A stretch of 64,000 nucleotides of DNA from Candidatus Omnitrophota bacterium (lineage in GTDB: Bacteria > Omnitrophota > Gorgyraeia > Gygaellales > Profunditerraquicolaceae). Under the pieces are notes generated by a model. That model saw only the letters and a list, made by a program, of their open reading frames with translations, made no database searches and was not told where the DNA came from. Shown here piece by piece: positions 51,725-62,472 of this stretch. The position numbers and the translations under genes are program-made. Position 1 is the first letter of the stretch, and the number at the start of each line of letters is the position of its first letter. The stretch covers positions 106,198 through 170,197 of the forward strand of contig JAPLLW010000007.1 in NCBI GenBank assembly GCA_026387355.1. The letters are read 5' to 3'.

Positions 51725-52564
51725 TCAAGTCAAATAGTCAAGCAATTGGCTTAAGGTTGCTCTCAAATTCTTACGCGACACAATCATATCTATAAGTCCG
51801 TGACTTAGCAAAAACTCCGAGCGCTGAAATCCCGGCGGTAGCTTCTGTCTTATGGTCTGTTCAATTACCCTTGGCCCGGCAAAACCAATTAAAGCCTTAG
51901 GTTCAGCAATAATTACATCTCCTACACCGGCAAATGAAGCCATAACCCCACCCATCGTAGGATTAGTTAGCACAGAGATATAAGGCAGCTTTGCTTTGCG
52001 ATGATAGCTAAGCGCAGCACAAGTCTTAGCCATCTGCATAAGACTAAGCATCCCCTCATACATTCTAGCGCCACCGCCGGAACCCGAGACAATAATCACA
52101 GGTAGTTTATTTTTTGTGGCTCCCTCAATTGTCCGAGTTATCTTTTCTCCGACTACCGAACCCATAGACCCCATAATGAAACGCGAGTCTGTAACCGCAA
52201 TGTTAATTTTTTTGTTATCCAGCAGTCCTTCCCCGGAAATTACCGCATCATTTAAACCCGTACTCAGTTGATCAGCACTTAATTTATCTTTATAGGTTTT
52301 AGGCCCCTTAAAGTTCAAAGGGTCAGCGGAGAGCATATCTTTATCAAGCTCCCGAAAGCTATCTTTATCTAAAAGCATATTTATTCTCTCGTAAACACCT
52401 ATTGAGAAATGATAGCCGCATTTAGGGCAAATTTTAAGGTTTTCCTCAATAGTTTTATTGTAAAGCGTCTCTGAGCATTCTTCGCACTTAGTCCAGAGTC
52501 CATCGGGCATCTCTTTCTTTTTTAATCTTACGATCGTATATTTTGGCTTACCAAATAACGCCAT
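51725..52564 (-). CDS. accD: Acetyl-CoA carboxylase carboxyltransferase beta subunit
   Basis: WTKCEEC..CPKC zinc finger, GSMG.VVGE, GGARM.EG, GFAGPRVI. Confidence 0.95.
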   Translation of the reverse strand: MALFGKPKYTIVRLKKKEMPDGLWTKCEECSETLYNKTIEENLKICPKCGYHFSIGVYERINMLLDKDSFRELDKDMLSADPLNFKGPKTYKDKLSADQLSTGLNDAVISGEGLLDNKKINIAVTDSRFIMGSMGSVVGEKITRTIEGATKNKLPVIIVSGSGGGARMYEGMLSLMQMAKTCAALSYHRKAKLPYISVLTNPTMGGVMASFAGVGDVIIAEPKALIGFAGPRVIEQTIRQKLPPGFQRSEFLLSHGLIDMIVSRKNLRATLSQLLDYLT

Positions 52565-52569
52565 TTAAT

Positions 52570-53856
52570 TTAGAGCTCCTCATGTTTGTTGATTACCAAC
52601 CCTGATAATACCTTAGGGTAAAAATACGTTGATTTAGCTGGCATCTTATTCCCGTTTAAAGCTACATCGATAATCTGTTGCATCTTAACCGGATTTAAGA
52701 AAAAGGCGATATTTAAAGGATCGCTATCAGCTAAAGTAATAAATTCTTCTGCGCTTGGACTATACTTAAGACTGTTCTTGCTCATTGAATCATACCCTAG
52801 AATATCTTTAAAAATTATGTGGTTAAGCATAGAAACGTCAAGAGTTCTATACTCTTTGGGCTTATCAGCAATTAGCTTATCCAGGATTCTAATATTTTTT
52901 AGTCTTAATAGATAGAAGCGCCTATCTTTATACATACCCAAAAGATGCTCGGCGCGGCCACCTTTTTGCATAAGAAAGAAGAAACGAGTCTTATCTTTAA
53001 TCTCTTCAACATCAAAATGCTCTTTAAGCCTTAGAATGAATTTATTTAGATCCAATGTTTTATCCAGTTTTAGAAGACGATGGATCGGTAATATTGATAA
53101 CCCGCGTAAATCCGTATTGGTAAAATAGGCCAGGGTATAATTAAGGCTTGAATCTTCCTTAAATCTATCCGGATACTTCTCCTTCATGAAATCTCTATAG
53201 GCTAGCGAAACTTCATAACGGTGGTGACCGTCAGCGATAAAGGCGTCTTCCTTCTGCATCCCGGACTGAATCATCTCTAAAACCTGAGGAGAATCAATCC
53301 TCCATAGCTTATGCAGCGTATTATCTTTATCTTTCACTTCTATAATAGGGAGCGTCCCCTGAATATAGAGATCAAAAACTCTTTGAATAATGCGTTTTTT
53401 ATCCTTAGAAACTATAAATATCGGGCTTAAGTTAGCGTGCACTTTTTTAATAAGCTTAAAACGATCCTCCTTTGCCTCAAGCCTAGTATGTTCGTGCCCG
53501 AAAACCGAAGAATCCTTCCCTCCTAATCCAAGTAGCGCAATAAAACCAAGCCGGGTCTTGGTTTCTCCCTTGATGTTATACTGTTGACTATAAAAATATA
53601 TAGAAGGTTTATCATCTTGAATAAATATCTTATTTTTTATCCAATCGCTAAACAAAATGCCTGCGCGCTTATACTTATTCTCATCCGGGATATCTTTACC
53701 TAAAAGCAGATGTATAAAATTATAGGGATTAAGCTTATGAAAATAATCCTGCTGGGTAGGAGATATAACATCATAAGGCGGACAAACTACTTCGGAGAAA
53801 TCTCTGATCTTATCTTGGCTATAAAGTAGCGCCTTAAATGGTTTTATGCTAATCAT
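52570..53856 (-). CDS. DUF1015 family protein
   Basis: CPPYDVI, HE.T, IADGHHRYE, PIHR, KMPAKSTYFYPK. Confidence 0.88.
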   Translation of the reverse strand: MISIKPFKALLYSQDKIRDFSEVVCPPYDVISPTQQDYFHKLNPYNFIHLLLGKDIPDENKYKRAGILFSDWIKNKIFIQDDKPSIYFYSQQYNIKGETKTRLGFIALLGLGGKDSSVFGHEHTRLEAKEDRFKLIKKVHANLSPIFIVSKDKKRIIQRVFDLYIQGTLPIIEVKDKDNTLHKLWRIDSPQVLEMIQSGMQKEDAFIADGHHRYEVSLAYRDFMKEKYPDRFKEDSSLNYTLAYFTNTDLRGLSILPIHRLLKLDKTLDLNKFILRLKEHFDVEEIKDKTRFFFLMQKGGRAEHLLGMYKDRRFYLLRLKNIRILDKLIADKPKEYRTLDVSMLNHIIFKDILGYDSMSKNSLKYSPSAEEFITLADSDPLNIAFFLNPVKMQQIIDVALNGNKMPAKSTYFYPKVLSGLVINKHEEL

Positions 53857-53862
53857 TCTTTA

Positions 53863-54132
53863 TTAGTGGGCATGCGGGCAAGCACTACAGCCTTCCTTAT
53901 TAGAAGAACATGGTCCTGGTTTTTGCTTAGACGAGGAGGACTTATTTGAAGATTTACGATAATCAGTAGCGTAAAATCCGGAACCTTTAAAGATAATCCC
54001 TGAGCCTCCGCCAATAAGCCGACTTATCTTTTTATGGCACTTAGGACATTTATCCAGCGCCTTATCCGACATCTTCTGGAAAATTTCAAATATTTTATTG
54101 CAATTTGCGCATTCGTATTCGTAAGTCGGCAT
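53863..54132 (-). CDS. FmdB family zinc-ribbon protein
   Basis: MPTYEYEC..C, CPKC, FKGSGFYATDY. Confidence 0.88.
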   Translation of the reverse strand: MPTYEYECANCNKIFEIFQKMSDKALDKCPKCHKKISRLIGGGSGIIFKGSGFYATDYRKSSNKSSSSKQKPGPCSSNKEGCSACPHAH

Positions 54133-54144
54133 AAATAACTCCCT

Positions 54145-55308
54145 TTATTTAAAAGATTTCCTTATTTTATCAGTAAAACTATCCCTGTCAATACTTTCGC
54201 CGCTTGCGCGGGCAAACTCTTCCATGAGCCTGCGCTGCTCTGAAGATAGGCGCGTGGGTATTTGAACAAGCACCTTAACTAATTCATCCCCCTTACCTCT
54301 GCCATGCAAGTCAGGCATCCCTTTATCTTTAAGCCTGAAAATACTACCACTCTGGGTGCCAGCGGGAACCTTCATATCTACCTTTCCATCTAATGTAGAG
54401 ACAATTATTTCACCACCTAGCATAGCTTTACTTAAGCTAATACTAATTTCAGTAATGATGTCATTGCCATGCCTCTGAAATAAGTGGTTAGGCATTACTT
54501 CGATTACCACATAAAGATCGCCATGGCTAGCAGCTCCAGCTTCACCTTCGCCACGCACACGCAAATTAGAGCCTGTATCAACACCAGCAGGAATCTTAAC
54601 CTTAATCTTACGGCTTATCTTTACTCTACCCTGCCCCTGACATTCCTGACAAGGGGATTGAATCGAAGAACCTTCTCCACCGCAACGCGAGCACGCCTGT
54701 GCTAACTGAAAAAATCCCTTTGAGACTACTGTTCTACCCGAACCCTTACATTGCGGGCAGACAATTTTCTTAGTTCCTGGCCTTGCTCCCGACCCTGAAC
54801 AAGTATGACAGGTTTCATAACGCGGCACGGTAATTGTTTTTTCTATACCACTTGCCGCTTCTTCAAGAGTTATATCAACAGCTATCTGCAGATCTCTTCC
54901 GCGCTTACGGCCGCTACCAGAACTTGCGCTAGCCCTACCACCGAAGAAATCATATCCAAGATCGCTAAAAATCTCATCAAATATTCCGCCACCCATACCA
55001 ACATCGCCCATCCCCTGGAATACACTACTAAAATCTGCGTTCTTGAAAATATCTTCTTGGGCGTACTTCTGGTCTATACCGGAATGACCGTACTGATCGT
55101 ATAGAGCTCTTTTTTGCGAATCAGACAAAACAGCATAAGACTCAGAGATATCCTTAAACTTCTCTTCAGCTGCCTTTTTTTGATCGTGGGGAACGCGATC
55201 AGGATGATATCTAAGCGCTAACTCTCGATAAGCCTTTTTAATCTCATCGAGAGTTGCGCTCTTCTTTACACCTAATATCTCGTAATAATCAGCCTTAGTT
55301 GCAGCCAT
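54145..55308 (-). CDS. dnaJ: Chaperone DnaJ
   Basis: J-domain HPD, G/F region, four CxxCxGxG repeats. Confidence 0.97.
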   Translation of the reverse strand: MAATKADYYEILGVKKSATLDEIKKAYRELALRYHPDRVPHDQKKAAEEKFKDISESYAVLSDSQKRALYDQYGHSGIDQKYAQEDIFKNADFSSVFQGMGDVGMGGGIFDEIFSDLGYDFFGGRASASSGSGRKRGRDLQIAVDITLEEAASGIEKTITVPRYETCHTCSGSGARPGTKKIVCPQCKGSGRTVVSKGFFQLAQACSRCGGEGSSIQSPCQECQGQGRVKISRKIKVKIPAGVDTGSNLRVRGEGEAGAASHGDLYVVIEVMPNHLFQRHGNDIITEISISLSKAMLGGEIIVSTLDGKVDMKVPAGTQSGSIFRLKDKGMPDLHGRGKGDELVKVLVQIPTRLSSEQRRLMEEFARASGESIDRDSFTDKIRKSFK

Positions 55309-57215
55309 TATTTTTTGTCGTCTTCCTCTTTGTATTCAGCATCAATTATATCTTCAGCCTTTGTTTCAGGCCCGCTAGGGCTAGCGCCCTCTTCATTAGG
55401 CCCTGGGTTTGCATGCTGTGAACCCGCTCCCCCTTGACTTGCTTGAGATTGCTGTTGTTTAGCTGAGGCCTGCTTATAAATCTCTTCGGCAAGCTTATGC
55501 GCAGCCTTAGTTAAATCTTCCATTCCTTTTTTAATTCTTTCGACATGCTTATCCTTTATCGCAGCTTTTAAATCATTGGCCTTTGCTTCTATATTTGCGC
55601 GCTCTTCTTGGCTAACCTTATCGCCGTAATCCTTGAGCGACTTTTCTGTGGCATAAACTAAGTTATCAGCCTGATTAACCGTCTCAATCTCCTCTCTTTT
55701 CTTAGCATCTTCTGCGGCGAACTTCTCTGCATCCTTAACCATCTTTTCAATTTCTTCCTTAGATAGTTTTTTAGGAGCACTTATGCGTATAGACTGCTCT
55801 TTGCCGGTACCTAGATCCTTTGCTGCGACATGGACAATACCATTAGCATCGATGTCGAAAGAAACCTCAATCTGAGGCACTCCACGTGGAGCAGCCGGGA
55901 TTCCTACAAGATCAAATCTTCCCAGCTCTACATTGTCATCAGCCATAGGCCGCTCGCCTTGTAAAACGCGTATAGTAACTGCGGTCTGATTTTCTGCAGC
56001 AGTTGAGAATATCTGGCTCTTCCTAGTCGGAACAGTGGTATTTCTTTCGATTAACTTTGTGCTTACTCCTCCTAATGTCTCAATTCCTAATGATAGCGGA
56101 GTAACATCCAATAGCAATACGTCCTTCATATCGCCCGTAATTATAGCTGCCTGAACTGCTGCACCCAAGGCAACACATTCCATGGGGTCAACTCCGCGTT
56201 CAATCTTTTTGCCTACATAATCCTCAACAAATTTCTGCACTATAGGCATACGCGTAGGTCCACCAACCATAATAATACGGTCAATATCTTTGGCAGTCAA
56301 TTTTGCATCGCTAAGCGCCTGTTCCATGGGATGTCGGCACCTCTCAATAATCGGGCCTATTAAATCTTCCAGCTTAGCACGAGTAATGTTCATAGTTAAA
56401 TGCTTTGGCCCGGAAGAATCAGCAGTAATAAAGGGGAGATTAATATCCGTGCTCACAGTTGAGGATAATTCGATCTTCGCCTTTTCCGCTGCTTCACGCA
56501 CCCTTTGCACAGCCATCTTGTCACTCATAATATCAATTCCTGTTTCGCGTTTAAACTGACCGGCGATATATTCTAGAAGCACTTTATCCATATCTGTGCC
56601 TCCTAATTGCGTATCTCCGGAAGTTGACTTTACTTCAAATACGCCTTGGGCCATCTCCATAACTGTTACGTCAAGCGTACCGCCGCCTAAATCAAAAACC
56701 ATAATCTTCTGTTCTTTACCGGCCTTCTCCAAGCCATAAGCAAGACATGCAGCTGTAGGCTCGTTGATAATACGTAAAACCTTCAATCCGGCAATTTCAC
56801 CTGCGTCTTTGGTGGCCTGACGCTGGTTATCATTAAAATATGCCGGACAGGTTATTACGACCTCCTCAACTTTGTCTCCCAAGTATGCTTCTGCGTCCTG
56901 CTTAATTTTTTGCAGGATAAAAGCTGAGATTTGCTGAGGTGTATAACTCTTCCCAAAGATCTTAAATTCAAAATCTGTCCCCATCTTACGTTTAGCTGCC
57001 TGAATTGTGCCTTCTGCATTTATAGCTGCCTGTCTCCTTGCCGGCTCTCCGATTAAGCGCTGTCCGTCTTTAGTGAATGCAACGTAAGAAGGAAATGCTT
57101 TACCAGACGCAACACCTGCTCCTTCAGCCGAAGGAATAATCACAGGTCTGCCACCTTCCATAACTGCTGCTGCTGAATTTGATGTACCCAAGTCAATACC
57201 GATTACTTTAGCCAT
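55308..57215 (-). CDS. dnaK: Chaperone DnaK
   Basis: [42 protein letters not shown]. Confidence 0.97.
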   Translation of the reverse strand: MAKVIGIDLGTSNSAAAVMEGGRPVIIPSAEGAGVASGKAFPSYVAFTKDGQRLIGEPARRQAAINAEGTIQAAKRKMGTDFEFKIFGKSYTPQQISAFILQKIKQDAEAYLGDKVEEVVITCPAYFNDNQRQATKDAGEIAGLKVLRIINEPTAACLAYGLEKAGKEQKIMVFDLGGGTLDVTVMEMAQGVFEVKSTSGDTQLGGTDMDKVLLEYIAGQFKRETGIDIMSDKMAVQRVREAAEKAKIELSSTVSTDINLPFITADSSGPKHLTMNITRAKLEDLIGPIIERCRHPMEQALSDAKLTAKDIDRIIMVGGPTRMPIVQKFVEDYVGKKIERGVDPMECVALGAAVQAAIITGDMKDVLLLDVTPLSLGIETLGGVSTKLIERNTTVPTRKSQIFSTAAENQTAVTIRVLQGERPMADDNVELGRFDLVGIPAAPRGVPQIEVSFDIDANGIVHVAAKDLGTGKEQSIRISAPKKLSKEEIEKMVKDAEKFAAEDAKKREEIETVNQADNLVYATEKSLKDYGDKVSQEERANIEAKANDLKAAIKDKHVERIKKGMEDLTKAAHKLAEEIYKQASAKQQQSQASQGGAGSQHANPGPNEEGASPSGPETKAEDIIDAEYKEEDDKK

Positions 57216-57744
57216 TTTTTTCCTCCTGTCTTTTGGAAACTTTTACTTTCGCCGTGCGAATCACGCGATCATTTAATTGATATCCCTTTTGTAATTCCTC
57301 TACTATTGTATTTTCCGGTAGCTCTTTATTCTCTACCTGCATTAAAGCCTCATGACAATGCGGATCAAATAATTTACCCTCAGCATCAATAGGCTTAACT
57401 CCGTATTCTTTAAGCATCTCATAAAGATGCGCAAGAATCATCTCAACACCTTTTAGAAAAACAACTAAATCCTGCTTTTGTGTCTCCGCAAGATTAACGC
57501 TTCGCTCTAAGTCATCCAAAATATTGAGTAACTCTAAAATAATGCCTTCGTTGGCAAACCTGACAAATTCCTGCTTATCTCGCTCAAGGCGTTTACGCGT
57601 ATTCTCGAAATCCGCCTGCAGGCGTAGCACTTTATCCGCTAAGCCTTGAGCCTTAAGCGCCTCTTCTTTTAAAGCGAGATACTCTGTCTCTTTTAAAAGG
57701 ACGCTCTTTTCTTCGTTAAGATGATTCTTTTTATCCTCACCCAT
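57208..57744 (-). CDS. grpE: Nucleotide exchange factor GrpE
   Basis: [30 protein letters not shown]. Confidence 0.95.
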   Translation of the reverse strand: MGEDKKNHLNEEKSVLLKETEYLALKEEALKAQGLADKVLRLQADFENTRKRLERDKQEFVRFANEGIILELLNILDDLERSVNLAETQKQDLVVFLKGVEMILAHLYEMLKEYGVKPIDAEGKLFDPHCHEALMQVENKELPENTIVEELQKGYQLNDRVIRTAKVKVSKRQEEKNG

Positions 57745-58484
57745 TAATCAATGCTCTCCATAGTTTCGCTTAATACCTCAGATATATATTCTAGCGCCGG
57801 GATAATATAATTGTACTCCATGCGCACCGGGCCTAATACTGCAAGCTTGCCCTGAGGCTTATTTTTTCTTCGGTAACTCGAGACAATCAAAGAACAATTT
57901 TTTATCTCTGGATACTCTAGCTCTGTGCCAATATAAACTTTAACTTTATCGGTAAAATCACGGTTAATTAATCCAAGCAACTGCTGTTTATCTTCAACTA
58001 CCTTGATTAAAAGTCTTATCTTTTCAGCATCCTTAAATTCCGGCTGCTCTAAGATCCGGCTAAGCCCTTTGTAGAATATCTTATCCTGCCATTCCAAAAA
58101 CGAAACAATTCCCGCATAATGCGTGGTTTGAGCGATTACCTCAGAAGTCTCTTCTAACGTATCTTCCAGGCGCCTGGTCTTTTTCTTATATTCTTTAGTA
58201 ATCTGCGACTTCTCCTCATCCAGAAGCTGCATTTGGGAAAGCAGAAAATCCACATAATAGCGATAACCCTTCTGAGTGGGTATTCTTCCGCCTGAAGTAT
58301 AAGGATGGGTAAGATAGCCCGCGTCCTCCAGTTCGCTAAAGATATTCCTGATTGTAGCAGAACTTAAATCAAAATGCTCAGCGATATCTTCAGAGGCAAC
58401 CGGCTCGGCCTCTAAAATATGCTTATTGATGGTAGCTGTTAAAATAGCTTTTTTTCTTGTTTCGCGATCGATATTCTTTAACAT
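57744..58484 (-). CDS. hrcA: Heat-inducible repressor HrcA (short, 246 aa)
   Basis: SSATIRN..LE..GYL.HP.TS.GRIPT.KGYRYYVD; LGP.RM.Y. Confidence 0.9.
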   Translation of the reverse strand: MLKNIDRETRKKAILTATINKHILEAEPVASEDIAEHFDLSSATIRNIFSELEDAGYLTHPYTSGGRIPTQKGYRYYVDFLLSQMQLLDEEKSQITKEYKKKTRRLEDTLEETSEVIAQTTHYAGIVSFLEWQDKIFYKGLSRILEQPEFKDAEKIRLLIKVVEDKQQLLGLINRDFTDKVKVYIGTELEYPEIKNCSLIVSSYRRKNKPQGKLAVLGPVRMEYNYIIPALEYISEVLSETMESID

Positions 58485-58506
58485 AATTTATACCTTTGAT
58501 TTATCT

Positions 58507-58533
58507 TTAGCGTTCTCTTAACCAAAATGCTAG
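58507..58533. promoter_or_regulatory. Degenerate CIRCE just upstream of hrcA
   Basis: TTAGCGTTC-N9-AAATGCTAG (13/18 to TTAGCACTC-N9-GAGTGCTAA); lies just downstream of TTTACA-16nt-TAATAT (58568-58541, - strand). Confidence 0.55.
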
Positions 58534-58628
58534 AAGTTTTATATTAACACATTTTGTTTCTTTGTAAAGTCCAAAATCTTAGTTTTTTATCAATTTATCA
58601 TAACTTAATCCTCCCTTCGTTTGGAAAC

Positions 58629-58655
58629 TTAGCGCTCTAACAACAAGAGTGCTAA
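58629..58655. promoter_or_regulatory. CIRCE element (HrcA operator)
   Basis: TTAGCGCTC-TAACAACAA-GAGTGCTAA, 17/18 match to consensus. Confidence 0.92.
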
Positions 58656-58672
58656 ACTAAAGCTAAAAAATT

Positions 58673-58930
58673 TTACCCCTCTTTTTCTATAATTATTTTT
58701 ATCCCGTGTATATTCACGTGCTTCTCCTCCATAAGGTAATGCACATATTCTAATCTCTTTACATCCTTCAGAGAATAAAAACGGTTCTTCTTTCCTAGTC
58801 TTTTAGGCGAGACTATCCCAGCCTTATCTAATTGACGTAATGTCCATACAGGCAAGCTTACTAGTCTACTCACCACGCTAATAACATAGACGGGCTCGTC
58901 CTGACTTATAATTATATCAAACTTTGGCAT
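58673..58930 (-). CDS. MerR-family regulator, HspR-like (85 aa)
   Basis: DEPVYVISVVSRL...TLR..DK.G.V.P.R...R.YS; sits beside the dnaK operon. Confidence 0.8.
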   Translation of the reverse strand: MPKFDIIISQDEPVYVISVVSRLVSLPVWTLRQLDKAGIVSPKRLGKKNRFYSLKDVKRLEYVHYLMEEKHVNIHGIKIIIEKEG

Positions 58931-58954
58931 AACCCCTCATTTCTCAACAAAACA

Positions 58955-58983
58955 AGTGTACCATGAACTCATAATCTTGTCAA
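58955..58983 (-). promoter_or_regulatory. Putative sigma70 promoter of the hspR-like gene
   Basis: TTGACA-17nt-TACACT with extended TG; GAGG SD downstream. Confidence 0.65.
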
Positions 58984-59011
58984 GCTTATTTAACAAAAAT
59001 AATTAGGTAAA

Positions 59012-60271
59012 CTAACAGATAACCTCTATATCCTTATTATGCATTAATTTCTTCGAATCTACTTTTGAGATGCTTGCTACAATCTCTACGCTATTCTGTA
59101 AATATTTGACCTCCTTAACCTTTCCCTGCCGGTAAATAAAATCGAGTAAATCCATGCGTTGGTGCGGTATAATTATTTTAACCAGCGCCATCCTTTCAGA
59201 AAACACAACTTGTATTTTCTCGAGCAAATCATCCAGGTTTTGCTTAAATTTTGCCGAAATTACTATTGCATTGTTAAAATCCCGCTGCATTTTTTCAAGC
59301 CATAACTTGTCATTCATTAGATCTATCTTATTCAAGGCCGTAATCACAGGTTTTCCCTCTACGCCTAGCTTCTTTAATACCTCAAAAACCGCTTTATTCT
59401 GTTCATAAACATTGGCATTAGCAACATCAAGCACATGGATTAATAAATCTGCCTGCACTACTTCTTCTAAAGTGGCTTGAAAAGCTTCAATAAGATGGTG
59501 TGGTAAATTATGCAAAAAACCAACCGTATCGGATAAAACTATTCTTTCCCCGTTATCTAGCTGTAAACTCTTAGCTAATGGATCAAGCGTAGTAAATAAT
59601 CCTGAGGAGACGTTCTGATCGGCTCCAGTAAGTGCATTTAGAAGCGTTGACTTACCCGCACTCGTATAGCCAACTAAAGCAACCAGTGGAATTAAATTAT
59701 CAATTCTTCGCTTACGCATAACTATTCTGCGCTCGGTAAGTATTTTTAAATCCGCCTTAAGCGTATCAATCTTACCCCTTATCTTTCTTCTATCCATCTC
59801 TAGCTTTTGCTCGCCTGGGCCGCGCGTACCTACGCCGCCGCCAAGTCGCGAAAGCATGACCCCCTTACCAGACAAGCGTGGTATAAGATACTGTAATTGA
59901 GCAAGTTCTACCTGCATTTTTCCCTCAGGAGTCTTTGCATGCCTAGCAAATATATCAAGAATTAGCTGGGTGCGGTCAATAATCTTTTTCCCGGTTATCT
60001 CTTCAAGATTTCTCTGTTGCGTCCCGGAGAGATCTTGACTAAAAATTAAAACATCTACATCTAGCTCTTGAGCAGTTAAAGCTAACTCTTTAGCCTTACC
60101 TGAACCAATGAGGAAATTCGAAGTAGGCTTTTCGCAAATTGACCTGATATTATCCACTGCTTCTACTCCGCAAGCAGCAGCTAACTCTTCAAGCTCTAGA
60201 GCACTCTCTTCAATCGGCCACTCATCTTTTTCGGTTTTTAATTTAACTGTGACTAATAAAGCCTTTTCCAT
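59012..60271 (-). CDS. hflX: GTPase HflX
   Basis: DRT.LILDIFA, RGPGE, LFTTLDP, DTVGF, NKID; start likely MEKALL at 60271. Confidence 0.95.
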   Translation of the reverse strand: MEKALLVTVKLKTEKDEWPIEESALELEELAAACGVEAVDNIRSICEKPTSNFLIGSGKAKELALTAQELDVDVLIFSQDLSGTQQRNLEEITGKKIIDRTQLILDIFARHAKTPEGKMQVELAQLQYLIPRLSGKGVMLSRLGGGVGTRGPGEQKLEMDRRKIRGKIDTLKADLKILTERRIVMRKRRIDNLIPLVALVGYTSAGKSTLLNALTGADQNVSSGLFTTLDPLAKSLQLDNGERIVLSDTVGFLHNLPHHLIEAFQATLEEVVQADLLIHVLDVANANVYEQNKAVFEVLKKLGVEGKPVITALNKIDLMNDKLWLEKMQRDFNNAIVISAKFKQNLDDLLEKIQVVFSERMALVKIIIPHQRMDLLDFIYRQGKVKEVKYLQNSVEIVASISKVDSKKLMHNKDIEVIC

Positions 60272-61184
60272 TGATCTTTTTCCATATTTTATTTGCAACC
60301 TGCGCTGGGATCTCTTTGCCGGTTAGATTAATCCACTTAATAGTTTTATCTTTTCTGAACCAGGTAAGCTGTCTTTTAGCATAGCGCCGAGTATTACGCT
60401 TCATAAGGGATTTGGCTTCTTCCAAGCTGTACTCCCCATTTAAAAAACCCTTAATCTCCTTTATCCCAATAGCTGCCAAGGCTGTCCTGCTTATGCGCCT
60501 CTTATTTAGCGCCTTAACTTCATTGACCACTCCCTGCTTAAACATCCGGTCAACCCTTTGGTTAATTCTGTTATAAAGCTCATCTCGCTTAATGTTTAAA
60601 CAAAAGATTTTTACATCAAATTTCTCCCTAATGCCGGTTCTTTTCTTTTGCAATTCAGAAATTGGCTTACCGCATGCCTCGAAAACTTCCAGCGCCCTAA
60701 TCACGCGCCTTAAATCATTCGGATGGATCTTACGTGCGGCTTCAGCATCAACTCTCTTTAATCTGTTACATAAATAGTTTTTACCATATCTATCTGCTAA
60801 CCCATAGAGTCTTTTGCGAATGCTTATATCGGGTTTTTTTATGCTAAATATACCATCCAGCAACATTGTCGCATAAAGACCTGTCCCTCCCGTAAAAAGC
60901 GGGACTTTCCCTTTCTTTATAATTAAATCTACCTTCGAAAGTGCATCTTTGCAATATTGATTGGCGTCATATACTTTATCCAGGGGGATAAAATCAAAGA
61001 GGTGGTGTTTTATCTTTTTACGCCAGCTCGATGGCGGCTTAGAGGTCAATAAATTCATCCCCCTGTAAATCTGCATTGAATCAGCAGAGATAATCTCTGC
61101 GTTCAACTTTCTGGCAAGATGAACAACTACTGCACTTTTACCTGTCGCAGTCGGACCCAGGATAAATATAATTTTATTTTGCAT
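60243..61184 (-). CDS. miaA: tRNA dimethylallyltransferase
   Basis: GPTATGKS, DSMQIYR, GGTGLY, RALEV, YAKRQLTWF. Confidence 0.95.
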   Translation of the reverse strand: MQNKIIFILGPTATGKSAVVVHLARKLNAEIISADSMQIYRGMNLLTSKPPSSWRKKIKHHLFDFIPLDKVYDANQYCKDALSKVDLIIKKGKVPLFTGGTGLYATMLLDGIFSIKKPDISIRKRLYGLADRYGKNYLCNRLKRVDAEAARKIHPNDLRRVIRALEVFEACGKPISELQKKRTGIREKFDVKIFCLNIKRDELYNRINQRVDRMFKQGVVNEVKALNKRRISRTALAAIGIKEIKGFLNGEYSLEEAKSLMKRNTRRYAKRQLTWFRKDKTIKWINLTGKEIPAQVANKIWKKINGKGFISHS

Positions 61185-62382
61185 TAAGGGGAGATTTTTG
61201 TGGGATAACCTTACTCTTAGAAATTGCTCTCTGTAAATCTAAAATTGTTTTATGTCTGCCCTCTTTTTCTGCCTTAGAAACATCATCGGGTAAAGCCATA
61301 GCCTTAGTCTGCGGCCGGGGTGAATATTTAAAAATATATGCGGCATTAAACTTAATCTGCTTAAGCAGATTAAGTGTATCTTTGAAATCAGCTTCGCTTT
61401 CAGAAGGAAAGCCTAAAATAACATCTGATGAAAGCAATCCATTTTTCACAATTTTACGATAATTTTGTGTTAAGTTAAGGTAATACTTACTTGTGTAACC
61501 GCGATTCATTAGCTTTAGAATTCTATCTGATCCTGACTGAAGGGGAAGATGTAATTCTTTTTTTAGTTTACCTAAGGAAGCTATGGCCTTAAACAAGTCC
61601 GTGGTTGTATCTTTTGGATGAGAAGTAAGGAAATTAAACTCCTTTAAGCCCTTAAGAGAATTGACTAGCTCTAACAACTTAACAAAATCAACAGCGCCGT
61701 CTTGGTAAGAATTTACATTCTGCCCTAAAAGGGTAACCGATGTAACCCCTTTATCTAAAGCTTCGTTTATTTCTTTTATTATGTTCTTATGCGACCTATG
61801 CCGTAGCGCTCCCCGGACAAACGGGACGACGCAATAAGAACAGAAATTTGAACACCCTTCAGAGATAACCACATAAGTATGCTTTTTAGAATCATACCCA
61901 ATATCATGATAAATATGCTCAGGTCGCTTCAGTCCATCTGTCTCCCAAATCTTTTTTTCAAAAAGTCCTTTGTTCTTAATTAACGTATCTATAATGTCAG
62001 GTATTTTATGAATATCTGCGGGGCCGACTACAAAATCAACATCCGGGCTCTTCTCAAAGACCTGCTCCTTGTAATTCTGGGCCATGCACCCAATCAGACC
62101 AATTATAGAAATTTCCCCTAACTTCCCCTTTCTCTTTAGCTGTTCTTTTTTGTATGCACCTATTACGCTCCAGACTCTATCTTCCGCATGCTGCCTCACT
62201 GAACAGGTATTAATAATAATAACTCCTGCATCTTGCGGCTCTTCAACCATCTTGTACCCCGCATTTCCAAGCAATCCACAAACTAATTCCGAATCGCGTA
62301 TATTCATTTGACATCCAAACGTGCGTATGTACAATCGCAATCCCTTTGTTTCATTCTTGGTTTTATCTTTCTTATCAGGCAT
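61174..62382 (-). CDS. miaB: tRNA methylthiotransferase MiaB (no C-terminal TRAM domain)
   Basis: FGCQMN, NTCSVR, GCMAQ, radical SAM CSNFCSYC, LGQNVN, YSPRP.T. Confidence 0.85.
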   Translation of the reverse strand: MPDKKDKTKNETKGLRLYIRTFGCQMNIRDSELVCGLLGNAGYKMVEEPQDAGVIIINTCSVRQHAEDRVWSVIGAYKKEQLKRKGKLGEISIIGLIGCMAQNYKEQVFEKSPDVDFVVGPADIHKIPDIIDTLIKNKGLFEKKIWETDGLKRPEHIYHDIGYDSKKHTYVVISEGCSNFCSYCVVPFVRGALRHRSHKNIIKEINEALDKGVTSVTLLGQNVNSYQDGAVDFVKLLELVNSLKGLKEFNFLTSHPKDTTTDLFKAIASLGKLKKELHLPLQSGSDRILKLMNRGYTSKYYLNLTQNYRKIVKNGLLSSDVILGFPSESEADFKDTLNLLKQIKFNAAYIFKYSPRPQTKAMALPDDVSKAEKEGRHKTILDLQRAISKSKVIPQKSPLNAK

Positions 62383-62472
62383 TGTAGATCAGCTTCCTGT
62401 ATTAATGATTTGAACGGCTCATATAAGTCAGAATAACATTTAGAATATGTTCCTACCCTTTGCGTCTATTAA

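Noticed and set aside
58931-59011. HAIR operator for the HspR-like protein
   Set aside because: No adequate match to CTTGAGT-N7-ACTCAAG; only a short ATGA-GT-TCAT dyad in the promoter spacer
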